From Lama glama (taxonomy: Eukaryota): a DNA stretch of 64,000 bases. The stretch lies in the NCBI GenBank assembly GCA_028534125.1, contig CM052817.1, forward strand, positions 94,614,001 through 94,678,000. Direction: 5' to 3'. Made by a program: the position numbers and the translations under genes. The notes beneath the pieces are model-generated. The model saw only the letters and a program-made list of their open reading frames with translations, did not search any database and was not told the DNA's origin. Shown here piece by piece: positions 1 to 14,485 of the stretch (the first letter of the stretch is position 1; each line of letters begins with the position of its first letter).

Positions 1-940
1 GGAAATGCCAAGCTATTTTTCAAAGTGGTTGCACCATTTTATATTTCTACCTGCAGTGTTTAAGCGTTCCAATTTCTCCACATCCTCACCAACACTTGTT
101 ATTGTCCTTTTAAAAAAATACTATTCTAGAGAGTGTGAAGTGGTATCTCACTGTGGTTTTGATTTGCATTTCCCTAATGACTAATAGTGCTGAGCATCTA
201 TTCACGTACTTATTGGCCATTTGTACATCTTCCTTGGAGAAATGTCTATTCAACTCCTTTGCCAATCTGAAAAATTTCAAATAACCCTTTTTATTATTGA
301 GTTGTAAGGGTTCTTTATGTATTCTATGTACTAGATCCTTATCAGATATATTATTTGGAAATATCTCCTCCCATTGTATGGGTTGTCTCTCAGTTTTCTT
401 GATAGTATCCTTTGAAGCACAAACATTTTCAATTTTGAAAAAGCCTAATTTATCTATTTTTTAAGTTTTCATAGCTAAGAAACCATTGCCTAATCCACGG
501 TCACAAAGATTTACACATATATTCTCTTCTAGAAGTTCTACAGTTTTAACTGTTGCATTTAGATATTTGATCCATTTTGAGTTAATTTTTATATATTTTG
601 TGAGTCTGGGGTCCAACTTCATTCTTTTGCATATGGATATTCAGTTGTCTTATCACCATTTGTTAAAAAGACTATTCTTTCTCCATTAAACTGTCTTACC
701 AGGTCTAAAATTAATTGACCATAAATGTATGGGTTTATTTCCAAATCTAATCCATTTTGAGTTAAGTCTTAAGTTCATCTTTCTGCATGTGACTATCCAA
801 ATATCCTAGTGCCATTTATTGAAAAGAGGATTATTCCTTCCCTATTGAAATTGCTTTGGCACCTTTTTTGTAAATCAACTGATTATAAGTGTAAGGGTCT
901 ATTTCTGGACTCTTAATTCTGTTCCCTTGTCTATCCTTAC
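1..940 (-). mobile_element. Old L1 LINE fragment (3' part of ORF2), antisense
   Basis: Typical antisense L1 ORF2 text, e.g. gtatctcactgtggttttgatttgcatttccctaatgact and ttggagaaatgtctattcaactcctttgcc. No intact frame. Confidence 0.9.
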
Positions 941-2067
941 AAGTTGGTTATTTTTTCATTTTCTCCGTAGGCGTGCATGAAAAGGGAACATATTCTGCTC
1001 ACATAGGTAATTCCATGTCACTTTTTCTTCTAAAGAAAGTTAAGTAATTTAAGGCAGAAGTTAAACTAAAAAAAAAGTAAAGTGAAGCACAGGTTAAACG
1101 AAATGATGGTCCACTGGAAGAAGACCCTGGAAATCATAAGAATGGAATTTAAATTTTAACCAAATTTTAATGACAATTCACAGCTGATAGCTTCCCATTT
1201 TTGCTAATGAAAAAGGTTGATAAGAAACACTAAAAAAAAAAAAAATCAAAAGTTCCAGGGAAGGTGTTGGGTAGGAGCTATGTCAATACTGATGGTAGAT
1301 GTGTCATAGGCTACATCCCTGCAATTGATTTTCCTGCCACAAAACACATCTTTATTATTCCCCTGGCATGGACTAAATTAAAGAACAGGGGACAGGAAAG
1401 AATTGTTGCCAGATTCTACATGCAGTCAATGGGAGCCAGTGTCCTGGGAAGGAGGACTCACGGAACATTACCATTCTTGACACAATGCACATGTTGTCCT
1501 CAGGAAGGAGTGCAGAGAAAACACTCAGCAGTCAGAATAGGATCTGCATGTGCTGGCTTGGTTGACGGACAGTAGAGGCTCCTGTACCTGCCTCAGGCAT
1601 TTAGCTGGTCAGCCTGAAGGAATTCGGCCCATGGGAAGAAGGAAGCCTAAAAACACCAAGCTAAAGGAAATGCAGAGGGAGCAATGCCCACGCGCTCCTC
1701 TCAGATCAGATCTGTCCTGATACAGCAGACGTTGGGAGAAACCACTACAGGAAAGATGGGAACTAGACCACATTTGTTTCAGTTTTACCTGAGTCTCCAG
1801 TCATTTTATTTAATAGCACGATACAAGTAGAGAATAAACATACTAGAAAAGGGCACGGAGTTGAAACTCCAGTAGAAACACGTTAGTTCAGTAACAAAAA
1901 AACAATGAGCGAACGAGATTTAGTCTATATGCCGAAGGATAAGACATGACACTCCCCGAAGTGACAGGTCTTAAGAGTCATGTGACCATTTAGTAAACTT
2001 CATCTAGCTACTTTGAAAAAAAGTAAAACAAACAAGCCAGCAAACCCAAACTACTAGAGTCTGAAGA

Positions 2068-2310
2068 GTGGAGTGTTTAAGAGAACAGATGCCATCTGAG
2101 TATGATTTCCAGATCTGCCACTTACTGCTAGCTCTGTGAACCCGGGCAAGGAATTTAACTTCCCTCAGCCTCTAGATTCTTCTATGAAATGAGTGAACAT
2201 TCTAAGTGCCTCACAGAGTTGTAGTAAAGATTGAATGTGTCACTATTTGGGAAGCACTTCTTAATACCTTATTAAGTCCTTATCAAATACTTACTAAGTA
2301 GGTGCTTGCT
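2068..2310 (+). mobile_element. MIR SINE
   Basis: MIR core tctgccacttactgctagctctgtgaacccgggcaagg...aacttccctcagcctc and 3' cacagagttgtagtaaagattgaatg. Confidence 0.8.
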
Positions 2311-2324
2311 ATTAAAATACCTCT

Positions 2325-2535
2325 TCTTTTTTTTCAATTGACGTATACTTGATTTACAATTTGTGTTAGTTTCTGGTGCACAGCATAGTGATTCAGTTAT
2401 ACATATATATATTCTTTTTCATTATAGGTTATTACAAGCTATTGAATTTAGTTCCCTGTGCTATACAGTAGGACCTTGTTGTTTATCTAGTTTATATATA
2501 ATAGTTCATACCTGTTAATCCCAAACTCCTATTTT
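2325..2535 (-). mobile_element. 5'-truncated recent L1 3' end (camelid/artiodactyl type)
   Basis: Poly-T head, then gatttacaat..gtgttagtttctggtgcacagcatagtgattcag...gttccctgtgctatacagtaggacc. This is the reverse complement of the same L1 3'UTR seen at 12011, 50970 and 58436. Confidence 0.9.
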
Positions 2536-4499
2536 CCTTTATTATACATTCTTTTCAATTCCAACTGGAAAAATAAGGGGGAGGGGGTCATTTAAAGCTT
2601 AAAATATCAATTCATCCCACTTTTGTTCAAGGTAGTATCAATATTGTTTGATGATAGGTAGTAAGAAATCAAATTGATGTTTAATAGAGTATTCAAAGTG
2701 CTAATTACATGGTGTTGATTCATAGTGAAATCAGCACTTCTGAAAAGAACAGTTAAAAAGTAGATAAAGTTCTTCAAAATGAAAAATAAATCTATAATTA
2801 TGAGGGTAATAAATCCATATTTTAAATTTTTTGCATGTAAATGACTATGTTTTATAAAATAGTTTTTACTTAGAAAAGTGGAACAGAGAAAGTCAAGTTT
2901 ACATGGTTTTCATGGTAGATGTGCTACTGAAAAGCTAAGTTCAAGCAGGATGTTTGAACATTTAAAAGAGTAAAAATGATCCTTTGTGTGAAGTGACAAA
3001 TCCTTTCTGTAATGTGAATTACCTTACTAATTTAATTTGTGTGTATGTATATGTACATATACATTTATATCTACACACACATAATTGTTTAAAATTTAAA
3101 GTAAAATCAAGAAATAGGTGCATCAGTGGAGGTGAATGTATGGTTTCTAAATGCATTGGCATCTCTACATGATCAGGAGAAGCAATATCGCCTTTCTTCG
3201 TGGTCATTAAAGCCTTTGGACATGCCACATGAGAAGTCGATGCTCTCCCAGGCTCTGGCCAAAGTTAAGGTCAAGCTCTGGCATGGAACTACTTAACGTG
3301 GCCTGTGGAGTCTGGGACTAAGGAAATTATATCCCCCTTTATGTACAAGAGAGACAAGCTGCCAGTAGCTCCCTTATGAGGTGATCCCATTTCACTAGAG
3401 CAAATGCCGTAACCTCATACGAGATCGTCACAATGCTCCGTCTCAGTCTTAACTCTACCTGTAGTTCTGTCTTCCTGTTTTGCTCTCAGTTCTTTTCCTC
3501 TTATTTCTTGTTCTATCTGAATCGGCAGAATTTTGTGTTTAATAACATTCTCTAAGGTCATTTTAGCCTCCCTACCTTCCTTCTCCATTCCGCACTATCC
3601 CCCTATTTCTTTCCAGAAAATCAATTTCTATTCACCACCCTCTTCAACCTGGCTGCTAGCGTTTCCCCAGCCGTCCTGTTAGAGTTTTATGGTTTGTTTG
3701 CACCTACGGAATGTAACGCTACACTGTTCACTGTGGTTGCCAAGCAATGGCATGTCATTAACCCCCAAGGGAATTCCTAAGTTCCCAAACACACTCCCTC
3801 AAAAAGGTCATCTTCAAGACATCTGTCTTCCTTGCTGACCTGCTGCCGATAGGCAACAGCTGTTGGGTCATAATCAGCTCGTGTCATATCCATTGTCTAC
3901 TGCAATTATTATACACCGAGAAATTCATGCTTCCTCCAGGGGGATCTAATTGTTCTGAGAAGCCAGCCCTACCAGGTGGCTCTGTTTGCGAGCAGAGTAA
4001 TTCTCCCTGAGGAATGCTGGTTACTGTTCCCAGGAATTTTCTCATCTAGAAAGACTATGTACCACCAATAAGGAAACCCTCTATGCCATCCTGGGATCAC
4101 CCTTGCCTACAGTACCCATACTGTTCCCAGCTGTCCATCCAGCAGCTCTTCAATGCCAAATGCAAGGGAGTATCTCAAAACTCTTGTTTGATGTGCACTG
4201 CCCATCTCAAGCTGCATTCTTATCAATTACTGTCTTAGGCAAATAGATGTATTAGTTTATTGATTTCCCCTAATACCTTGCCTCATGTTTACTTTTGCTT
4301 ACAATCTGTTTGCCTGTGTAGCATCCCCTCCCTCAGTTCTTGCCCACTGCCTTTAGTCTAGTCATCCTCCAAAATCAAGCTCAAGTCTCACCATCTTCTG
4401 TGGAATCTGCCCTCCTTTGAGATTTATCCCTCTCAATTTCCTTTAGTACTTTCTTTTTCTACCACTGATTTGACCATTATCACATGTCTTCTACAGAAT

Positions 4500-4600
4500 T
4501 CCAATATTTTATAGTTGGAAGGGACCTGAGATGTACCTGTTTCCTCTTTTATACAAGTGATGAACTGAGACCTAGGGAATCCAAGTGACTTTTGCAAGAA
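4500..4600 (-). mobile_element. MIR/MIR3 fragment
   Basis: agttggaagggacctgaga...ttttatacaagtgatgaactgagacctaggga..aagtgactt resembles the antisense MIR core. Confidence 0.55.
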
Positions 4601-4997
4601 CCCAACTCCCTCCCTCTGAACCCAAGGGGATCTGAGGCTCTGCTCTTCTACAGCCAGGGTCTTGACACTGAAGAATAAGGCACTGGCCTGCAGCTTTGAA
4701 GTACAGAGGAAAGGGAGCCTACATCTGGGTCCCGGACAGAGGAAGGCTCAGGAAGATGGAGAGCTTCATTTTCAAGAACATAGGCAAAGACCAACCATCA
4801 GCCACCACATAAAGGGTTAGCCACAGGGACTAATCACACTTGAGTGACTAGTTTTAGGAGTTAAGGCAGGAAATATCTACTATGGCCATGGTATCCAGGG
4901 GCATTAGAAACCTTTTAAAAATAATTAGGAAATGAGACCTTAGGGAAGAAGCTACTGGAAATGTGTACCAGTTCATATACAAGACTGACATGGTGGT

Positions 4998-5125
4998 AGT
5001 GTATATATTCATATATGCAGCTATGTATGTATATGTGTGTGTATATATACTGCCATGTACATATATATTACATATCAATCATATATATGAGATACATCTA
5101 TCACATATGTATTATATATAAGTAT
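4998..5125. repeat. (TA/TG/CA)-rich low-complexity microsatellite region
   Basis: Degenerate gtatatat/atatgtgtgtgtatatata/catatatat runs. Confidence 0.75.
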
Positions 5126-8100
5126 GTCTTTTCCGGTACTTGCTCATGACTTTCTTGAGGGCCGTGACTGTCTTTGACGTATCTGGAGCTCTGGCTGTGC
5201 CTCCTTCACAGGAGGAAGACAACAAAAGTTGGTTGTTGTTGATGGTGAGTTTCACCTGGTCCTTAGGAAGCTTTCTCAGTTGAGATGCAGGTCTTAAAGT
5301 TACAAGGTAAGGGCCTTAATGAGCTGCAAACCCCTCTGAGGCTGCCTTCTCCCCCTTTCTAGCTGTGGCTACGTTCCCACCCTACAGTTGCTATTTGAAT
5401 GCCACGCTCAAGTGCCAAGTTTGCAGGCAAAACCCTCTGACGACAAGGTGACCTCCCACTGCTCCCTGAGGTTCCAGAGGGCAGTCAGCCCAAGGGGCAT
5501 CTGAACATCAAGGTCTCTCTCTGGCCTTTGGAAACTCCAGCTGGTGTGTGTTGGGGGGCTCTGTTGGCAAGAGAACTGACATGATCTGCTTAGCAGACTT
5601 TCTGGGCTAGACCCGTGTTGGATTTAACCTAACTAGTACAGACAAGTCTGAAATTTTTAAGGGCCATTTGCAATTACAATGCTGGAGGCATTCAGAGAGA
5701 ATGACGCTGCAGCCTTCAGACCAGCCTGCCTCAAGTCACCCACATCACCTCGTTCACCCCCACTCGTCTTTTTTCCCTACCTCCTTGGTCCTTCTGAGCA
5801 CACAGCCCTGGCCCTGCCTACGCAGAGCTGGCCTCAGTGGCCTTCTCAGTTCAGACTCATTTAGTCTCCTGCCAGACCTGGCCTCCTCCCAGGCTAAAAT
5901 CTAGTGACAGAAATTCTTTGAATTAAGTGGGAAATGCAGGCCATTTGCTGCTCACAAAAGAACGGCAGGCAGGACCAGACCTATCCTGAGACAGGTGAGC
6001 TTCACTAGGAAGGGAAAAGTGAAATGTTAGCACTCACACCTCTTTTAGAAACTATGCAGATGAAGGCATACCTGTTGTGAAATACTGAGGGGGTGGCAAC
6101 AGATCATGAGGGAAATTTGATAGGCATGAGAAAGCACTTATGGGGCCCCTCGGACCCCTGACGTTCTGGTCTCCCTCCCCAGCAAGTGGTGTGACTCCGG
6201 TCAACTGTCACTTATCCACAGTGACTGGGGCATCGGGAGCGTGGCTAATGGAAGTCCTTTGTGAATACTCAAGCCTTGGTTTCGTCCTTAATTTCATCCC
6301 CCTTCCCCACCAAACCTTCTGCCAGAGCCGCTAAGTGGCCGGGCTGGAATCTCAATGCCCAGCCCACCCTCAGGAAAAGTGCTAACTGAACTGGGGTAGA
6401 GGTCTCAGCAGGTTCAAGGACCAGAGTAAATTAATGAAAAGCAACACCGAACAATTCCTCAAAGTAAACAGATCCCCAGCTTCCTGGGAAAAGCTCTGAT
6501 AACTGAAAGTAGGTGGGGCTGTGCCTGCCAGAAGCAGATCAGCTCATGTCAGGATTTAAGTCCCTGTCCTAGTTAGCACCAAAGCATCATGGATGGGGAA
6601 CAGGGGTGGGGGGTGGGGGGCCACAATATGCTTATGGGCAGAAGTGACTTTTCCCCGCTCCTAACTTACTGTCAGATTCCTTCTTTGGATATAACTGGGG
6701 TCGATGATAGAAAAGGAGTCAAAGTGTTCATTTATATAAATTAAAAAGTCAGGAAGAAAAGCTGGGCATGATAAACAGTGTCTAAGCTGGGACCCACGGG
6801 GAAGTGGCATCCTTGGCTTCCATGTTTGCCAGGGCTGGTGTCAGGCAGATGCCTCCAGAGCCTCCTGTCAGCTGTTGGCCCTGGTGCTTGAAACTGCTAG
6901 AAAACAAATCAATGAATTCTTTGTGTTTGTGTTTGATCCCCCTAGTGTGAGGTCCTCAGATATTACCAGTCCCACACACTCTCTTCCAACTCCCTTAATT
7001 GTAAGTGCTTTTCACAGGCAAAAACATGCTTAGGGTGAACGGCTAAAAAGAGTCTTGCTTTTTCTCACAGCTGCTTCTTCCTAAGTTTGTAGAAGAGCTG
7101 ACTTTGTGGGGGAACTACATGATGTCATATTAGTCATGGCATTTCATCATTTTTCAACTGGTGAAAAAAAACCTCCCTCCACCTGCAAAAATTAAATTGA
7201 TATCATTCTCCTTACATTTTTATATCATGTCTTAGGAAAAAGAATCCACCAGCCAAACTCTTGACTGGATACCGCTTTATCCAGTGGTTGAAAAATAATG
7301 TTATGACTAAAGGTCTGTCATTCTTCCTTCCGTTTGACACTAAGATTTAAGGAGAAAGCAGATTGAAGGGAAAACATCAAAGAAATGCACTTTCTCGTGT
7401 ACCTTTCCCAAAGCAATGACACTTTTATGTGAAAGGCTGCAAATGATATTTAAAATTCCTTTCAATCTTGATCACAGTTTTAAAGTTCCAAAAAGAATGC
7501 CCCAGATATGAACTATCTCTCAAATGTGTATGTCACCCATCTTTTCCATATTATATAAGCATATGAGGCCAGGAATGACATCTTTTCGTATTTTATACTC
7601 TGTCTGTCATGTCAGAGACAAACTGATGATCATTTTAATAGCATTGACAGCAATCTTGCATTTCATTTTGTTGATGTTAAATATTTTTTACAGTCACAAT
7701 GAACACATCTAAAGCAGTAATACTTCTCGTGTCTCCGTAAGTCGAGTTCCATTTATTAGAATAAAGCAGGAGAGAAGGAGATTAAAAGACAGACTTTCCT
7801 GGGATCCACATTCTTTTTCAGTTGTCTGTTAGGCAGGGGGCAGGCTACATCTGAGGGCAAGTAATGGCATAATTAGATGCAGGTTGACTATCTCACTTTG
7901 GAAAATTGACTAGATGTGGCCAAATTAATTTTGGCAAACTTAAGATAAACAGTGGAACAGAATCTCAAAGTACTGATAAATAGACACTTTTCATTGTTCA
8001 TATGCAGACAGGGGTGGGTAAAAGAACTCTGAAATTTCAAACCACCAGTATCCTTACGCATGGAGACGGAATTAGAAAAAAAACAGGCTTCTGACAGCCT

Positions 8101-9879
8101 GTGGTCACTGGTTAAAAGCTCACAACCAAACCACCAGGATTTTACCAAGTTCACAACAAATTTTCAAGGTTGATTTCTTTTGAAAATACACAAAAACCCT
8201 TTATTTAGACATTTTATATCATTGATTCAGTCAAGAACAAGTTAAAATTTGTAATTCCATAGCAAACCGAATCCAGATTTAAACCCGCTTGTAGGTCTTT
8301 TCACAGAATAATTTTGGGAAAATAAATCAGTGTTTCTCTGTGTTTTTTGGTATGTTAGTTGTTTATTTCTTTTCTCCAGTTTGCTCCTGAAGGAGTCTAT
8401 CTATCCTTGAATAAATTCCTTTTCCAGTGTACTTGCTGCCATTTTTGTCCTGTGGAAATGCTGTGAGAAGGTTCCTAATTTTCTTTTACGCACTTAGCTG
8501 TGAGAATCAATTCAATTCGAGACACATTAAAGAGTTAGAAAGGATACTTTCATTATAGAGGAAAATGACAGATTTAAACCCAATTCTGCCCTCAAACACA
8601 GCCAATTGGATTTCATATTTGGGGGCAGGGTTAACAAAAATCTGGTGGAATGGCTTTGTGAGATCACAGGAGGAAGCAATAGTTTTATTAAAATTATTCG
8701 TGCTTTTTCTAGTTTAAGGGAAGTGTTAGAAAAAATCTGGATCTGTTCAATGAAAATACAAAGCAATTCTCTCAGAGTATGACTGATCAGTGTTTGAAAA
8801 TGTACAGAGAAGTAAAGCTTGGGTAAAGCCACTGGGTCCTTACCTTCCTACGTGTAAGGCAGCTGATCCTTGAGCAGAATCTTTGTGCAAAGTGGATGCT
8901 TCTATGACTCACAGCAGATAAGCCTTCCCCATCACGGCTCCCATGTGACCTTTGTAACTTCCCGTATGCCTCTTCTTTTCTAAATTCATTGTCCCTATGA
9001 AAACTCCCCAGCTCTAAGTCTTCCTTTCTCAAGATCTTAGAGAATCAAGGTTTTACTTGCATACTGTAGCACTAATGGCTTCTGGAAGTCTGCAGATGTT
9101 GTCAGAAGACAAAACTGTATGCCTTTGGTATTTCCCTTTCTCCAGGCTTTTGAGGGTGGACAGTCCTCTTCCATCACAAACATCCTTTGGAAAAAATTTA
9201 GGAGTATTAATAGATTTGATTTTGTTACAACAAACTCTTGCGGATGTGAGAGCTATTTGTTGTATAACTAAAATGAATTTCCCCACCTATAGCCTGATCC
9301 ACTTGCAGAGGCTTTCCTCATTTAACTTTTGGAAGGAAATCTATTTCTTTTATTTAGGGAAAGATCACAAGTGATTCCCTCTTCTAAGAACTAACAATTA
9401 GGAGTATGTTAAGAATGGCATTAAAATATGGGCTATGGCAAGTAAACTACTCAAGGTTAATATGTATTTTTCTACTGATAAGATTAAAATATCAGTCATA
9501 GTTTGGACTAGGTGACCTTTTAAGATGCTTTACAATTCTGAGTATCTGTGATTCTATTCTGTTTTTCACAAGCATAAATCCTTATTTAATCATTTCAGCT
9601 ATCATAGATAATAAAATCGCACTAGACAAAGTCTTAGAACAGCTCATTCAAAATTGAACACAATCTTCTCATTTTGCAGAAAAAGTAATTGAATATTTCA
9701 AGTCCCATAACTAGTAATTCAGCCCAGATATATTTCTGCTGTTTCCCACATTCCAGCCTGCCTCTAGAAATGTTTACAGAAGCGTTTGAGAAGTTAAACA
9801 TTTGACATCCATTTTTTTTAATGCTTACCATTAAATTCTTAGCATGCATACTTGACATAAGTTTATTGCATCTGCATTC

Positions 9880-11400
9880 CACTCCTTTTTTCTGAGATCC
9901 ATCTTCCTTGTTCTGAAGTATTTCTCAGTGTTTGTTTGTTGTTGTTTCAGTGAGGGTCTGTTTATGAGTGATAAATATTCATAGTGCTTATCTAAAAATG
10001 TCTTATTTCACCCTTATTATGGAGTCATAATTTCTTTGGGCTTAAATCCTTAATTGAAAATCATTTTCTCTCAGAACTTAGAAGACATGATTACATTGTC
10101 TTCTTTCATATGAAGTCTGTTATCAATCCAGAGGACATCTCCTTTGTAGGTAATCTATGTTTTCTTCTTGATTTCTTTTATGACTCTGGATCGTGCGTAT
10201 CCATCCTCTTTTTAATATTGCTTTCCTGAAATTCTCTTTGTTCTTGACCCTCCTGAAATTATTCTTAAACATACATTGGATTTTATAATTCTATTCTCTA
10301 TGTTTATTAGCCTCTCTTTCATATTTTCCATCTTTTTGTTTCTCTGTGCTATTTATCCTGTGCAACTTCCCAAGATCTATCTTCTAGTTCACCAATTCTC
10401 TCTTTGGCTATGTTTAATTTACTTTTTTAATTCATCTGATAAATGTTTAATTTTATGACTGTTTACTTTTTTTAAGGTTTTTTTTTAATGCTTAGCTTTT
10501 ATTTATTTTAAATCTCCATGGTGATTTCTCATACAAACTTATTCTTTTATCATAGGTTCTATTTATTTTTTTTACCTTGATAATCATTAAAATTATTATT
10601 TCATAATTCTTTTCAGAGTATTCTATTACATCTAGTTCTTGGGAAACTGACTTTCTTGTCTATTAAATATGTGAAATATCACTCAGTAATTAATGTCTTC
10701 CTACTGTTTATATATTTTTATATTGAGCTTGCTCTCTCTTGCCTTCTCCCTCTGTCTTTCTCTCTCATAAATCTGTGAGAGTCTCATACTTTGGGTGGTG
10801 TGAGTGCCGCTAGAAATTAGTTTGAATTTTTTTTTAACCTGGGGCCTGGTGGGTTCATATTTTATATTAATTTCTTATATATTGAATTTTATATTATTTC
10901 TTTCAAAATATATCCATATTAATTTCTTATCTAAGATTCCACACAATTAAAGTAGTATCATCCCAAATTCCCAAGCTTTGCTGACTGCTGCCCTTTGGTT
11001 ATTGTAGGTACCATTTTTTTTTTTAGCCCAAATCCCAGATGAATGACTTTATCCCTGAATTCCTGAAAGGTGGAGAAGCCTTCTATTTCCATTTTCATAG
11101 TCTGAACAACTTTTGGGTTTGTGCAGTGTGATTAGTTCCAGCTCCCTATCTCTCTTGGACTCAAGACTCTATCTGCTGTTTCCCCAAGGTTGTTTAAAAG
11201 ACCCCAGTATCCAATGTCTAGGGCCCATAACTGTGGCTGGAACCTTCATTTGGATTTATTATTCTTTTCTTGAACCTAGAGATTTCTTTTTTTTTAATCA
11301 AATTTATTTTACTTTTATGTTTTATTAAAGTTTATTTCACTTTTATTTTTTAAGTATTTGACCAACAAAGTGGTCATCTATATTAGTGTTGTCAAACATC
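9880..11400 (-). mobile_element. Very old L1/HAL1-type fragment (ORF1-side sequence), antisense
   Basis: T-rich tract with aaaatgtcttatttcaccctta...tcattttctctcagaacttagaagacatgattacattgtcttct, a typical antisense L1ME/HAL1 signature. Heavily decayed. Confidence 0.55.
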
Positions 11401-11639
11401 CTAAAGTATTTTAAAAAGATTTTCTGCAGGCCTATTCCATACCTTTTACCATTCTATTTTTAATTATGAGTCTGAGATAAAGTGCTGGTGTTCAATTTCC
11501 CAGAATCTAAGAAAATGAAGTGACATATTAACAACCGGCTCAATCATCTCTTCATTTCTTTTAACATTAATTCCTAACATCAATAACATAATATGTTAGA
11601 AAATAGCACATCTCATGTTTAACTGTAGTCCATTTCTCC

Positions 11640-13030
11640 ATGGAGGATCAAAAACTTTGTCAAGTCTTTGAGGCAAACCTTGAAAGACAAATAGATGTTC
11701 TCACTAGGCAGAAAGAAGTATTCTTGGCATAGGGAGGGGTTTGAGTAAAGACACGAGCGTGAACGAGCATAGCAAGATCCAGGAACTGCTAGTTGTTCTG
11801 TAGACAAAAGTATAAGGTAAGTTTGAGGACAGAGAGATGTGGAAGCACTGAGAACTGAAGCCAAAGAGGTGAGAGAAATCAAATTGTGGTGGTTCTCTAT
11901 ACCAGGCGAAGATATTTGAACTTTGTTCCTATGCGAAATGATAAACAGTTTTAAACTTTCAGTTTGTGCTTTAGAAAGACTTGTCTTAAAGATCAGTGGG
12001 GAGTAATCAGAAAATAGATAAACAACAAGTTTATACTATATAGCACAGGGAATTATATTCAATATCTTGTAGTAACGTATGGTGAAAAAGAATATGAAAA
12101 CGAATATATGTATGTTCAAATATGCCTGAGGCATTATGCTGTACGCCAGAAATTGATTTAACATTGTAAACTGATTATACTTCAATAAAAAATATTTTAA
12201 AAAAGAAAAGGAGTAAAGCTGAAAGCAGAAAACTAATTAGGAATTCATTGCAGATTAGGAGAAACCAAAATATACATGAATAATAGGGAATGAAGAGGAA
12301 ATAGACAAATACAACAGTTATTAACAAGCAAGAATTGGTCAGACTTAGTCATATTTGAATGGTGCCACCCACCATGACTTGAAACCAAGAAACTTCATAA
12401 TGACTGCATTTAGATTTGCTGATTTTAAGGCACCTATTGGACATGGGCAATTGGAGATTCTACGAAATTTATCTGGCTTAGATATACAGATTTTGATAGA
12501 ATCAGAAAGTTATTTCCTTATTGGGCTGAAATCTCCCTTGTAGCTTTTGCTGAAGAAGAGAAAGAAAAGTCGGCTCTTAATGATTTCTTATAAGGCATTT
12601 ATTCTTCATTCATGCAATCAGTCCATATTTCCTCTTATACTCCTCTCCTCCACAAAGCTTATGTGCAAAATGGTGGAGGGATAATAAGGCAGTGGACAGA
12701 TAAATACACAAAATGATTGCAGATTAAGATAAACACCCTAGAGTAAGTAACAGAGAGCTATTTATAAAGAAAAATAGTCTAAGGGTTATTTAGATAGAAA
12801 GATTATGAAAGACCTGTCTTTGGAATTTCCCTTAAAATGATACTTGAAAAATGAGAAAAGGCTGTGCAAGATGCCAAGACGTTCCAGGCAGAGAACAGCA
12901 AGAACAAATACCTGGAGGAAGGGGAAAAAAAAAATTGATGTAGTCTAGGAAATATTAGAAATTCAGGCAGCCTGGAAAACACAGGCTTACAACAATAGTG
13001 AAGCGATAGGTGGAATAAAGATCATGTAAG
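11640..13030 (-). mobile_element. L2 LINE fragments, interrupted by an L1 3' end
   Basis: Purine-rich antisense L2 text (gttccaggcagagaacagcaagaacaaatacctggagg; attcttcattcatgcaatc). Confidence 0.6.
12011..12208 (+). mobile_element. 5'-truncated recent L1 3' end
   Basis: atagataaacaacaag...tatagcacagggaattatattcaatatcttgtagtaac...ttcaataaaaaa plus A-rich tail. Confidence 0.9.
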
Positions 13031-13499
13031 AAAAGATTTACAGATGCCCCATAGTTCTAGGGTTTATAGCAGAAAAAAAAATTCACAATCATAAAAATAA
13101 AGTGTGGAAAATTGGAGCTTCCTTATTTTCCCTATTCCTGATTTGATATTCATTCTCAAGGGTTCATTTCCACTGATGATATAGGATTTTGTCTTGAAAA
13201 TTCAGACCAAACTTTGTCCATTTGGATTTTTCTTCACTTCTTTTGAGTCAGAGTCAGTCACTTTAGGCTCTCCCTTCACCATTCTCCTTCTCTTTTCTCT
13301 GGTAATGATCTAAATTATTGAATAGGTAGAAGTAAGAATGAGAGACGGAGAGTGAGGGTATTAGTTATAAACCCTGATTTGTCTGCTATGATCTTGGCTT
13401 ATTTCTTTGTCCTGGGGTTCCATCTTGTTTAACAATTATTCCAAAGTTTTAAATTTTAATAAAGTATTATTAATAAAAAATAATTTAAAAATTTTTATT

Positions 13500-14450
13500 A
13501 AAGTAATCTGGACTGGGTTTGGTAGACCTGCCCTTTGTACCTGTAACCTCCACGTTGGTCTCCTCAAGTAGTTTGTAAGACTTGAACACTGTTCTTACTT
13601 TACTTGTGGTAAAGCTGAAGATGACCAGTGATGACCTACCTCTATTTTTTAACCTTTTCTAGACTCAAGGGAATTAACTTTTTCCTCTCCAGCTCAGCAC
13701 AGGAGGCACGTACCAATATACAATGAAATGCTTTGGATCATGAGCAAGTGGGGAAGACACATTGATTTATATCCTAAGTGGTAGTAGGGCAAGTATTTGA
13801 CACTCTGCCCCTGCTGGTCACTTGGTGTAACAGCCAGTTGGGCAACAGTCACGGCCTGTGATATATGGAAAACCACTCACTGGGAATAGAATGGAAACTA
13901 TAAAAAAAATAGACATTAGATATCATGAAACAAGTGCAGAAATTGGAGGCTGAGTATTACTGATGCAGAATAGAGACAGTGTCTGAATTTCTTGTTGAGG
14001 GTGGTTTTGCTATTTATTGTATGTTGTAAATCTGAAGGTCATTTTGCAATGTATTCTTTGACATGTCAGTCAAGAGACAGATAGAACATGAGTCTTAGAT
14101 GGCAGTGCCGATCTTTACATTTCTCCAGGGATGTGATAAAGCTTTTTATTTACTGTCCTGGTTGGGGTGGGGGGAGTTCAAGTTTCCATTTGGCCCTTCC
14201 TGTGTGAGAGAGCTAATGTGGGAATTCTGCCAGTGGTTAAGTATGTTTATTCCAATAACAAATCCAGAAACTGGGGAAATAACAACAAAGTGGCTTTGAG
14301 GACCTACTGAGCTCAGGGTGATTCACACCTGGGCTAAAACTCTATTTTGTTACTTGACCACCATAAAGCCCTGTTGTCACTAATGGATTGGAGTAGTGTT
14401 TGGGGTTTTAAGAAATTAGCATTATTTCAGAGTTGGTGTATAGTGATCAA

Positions 14451-14485
<35 letters not shown>

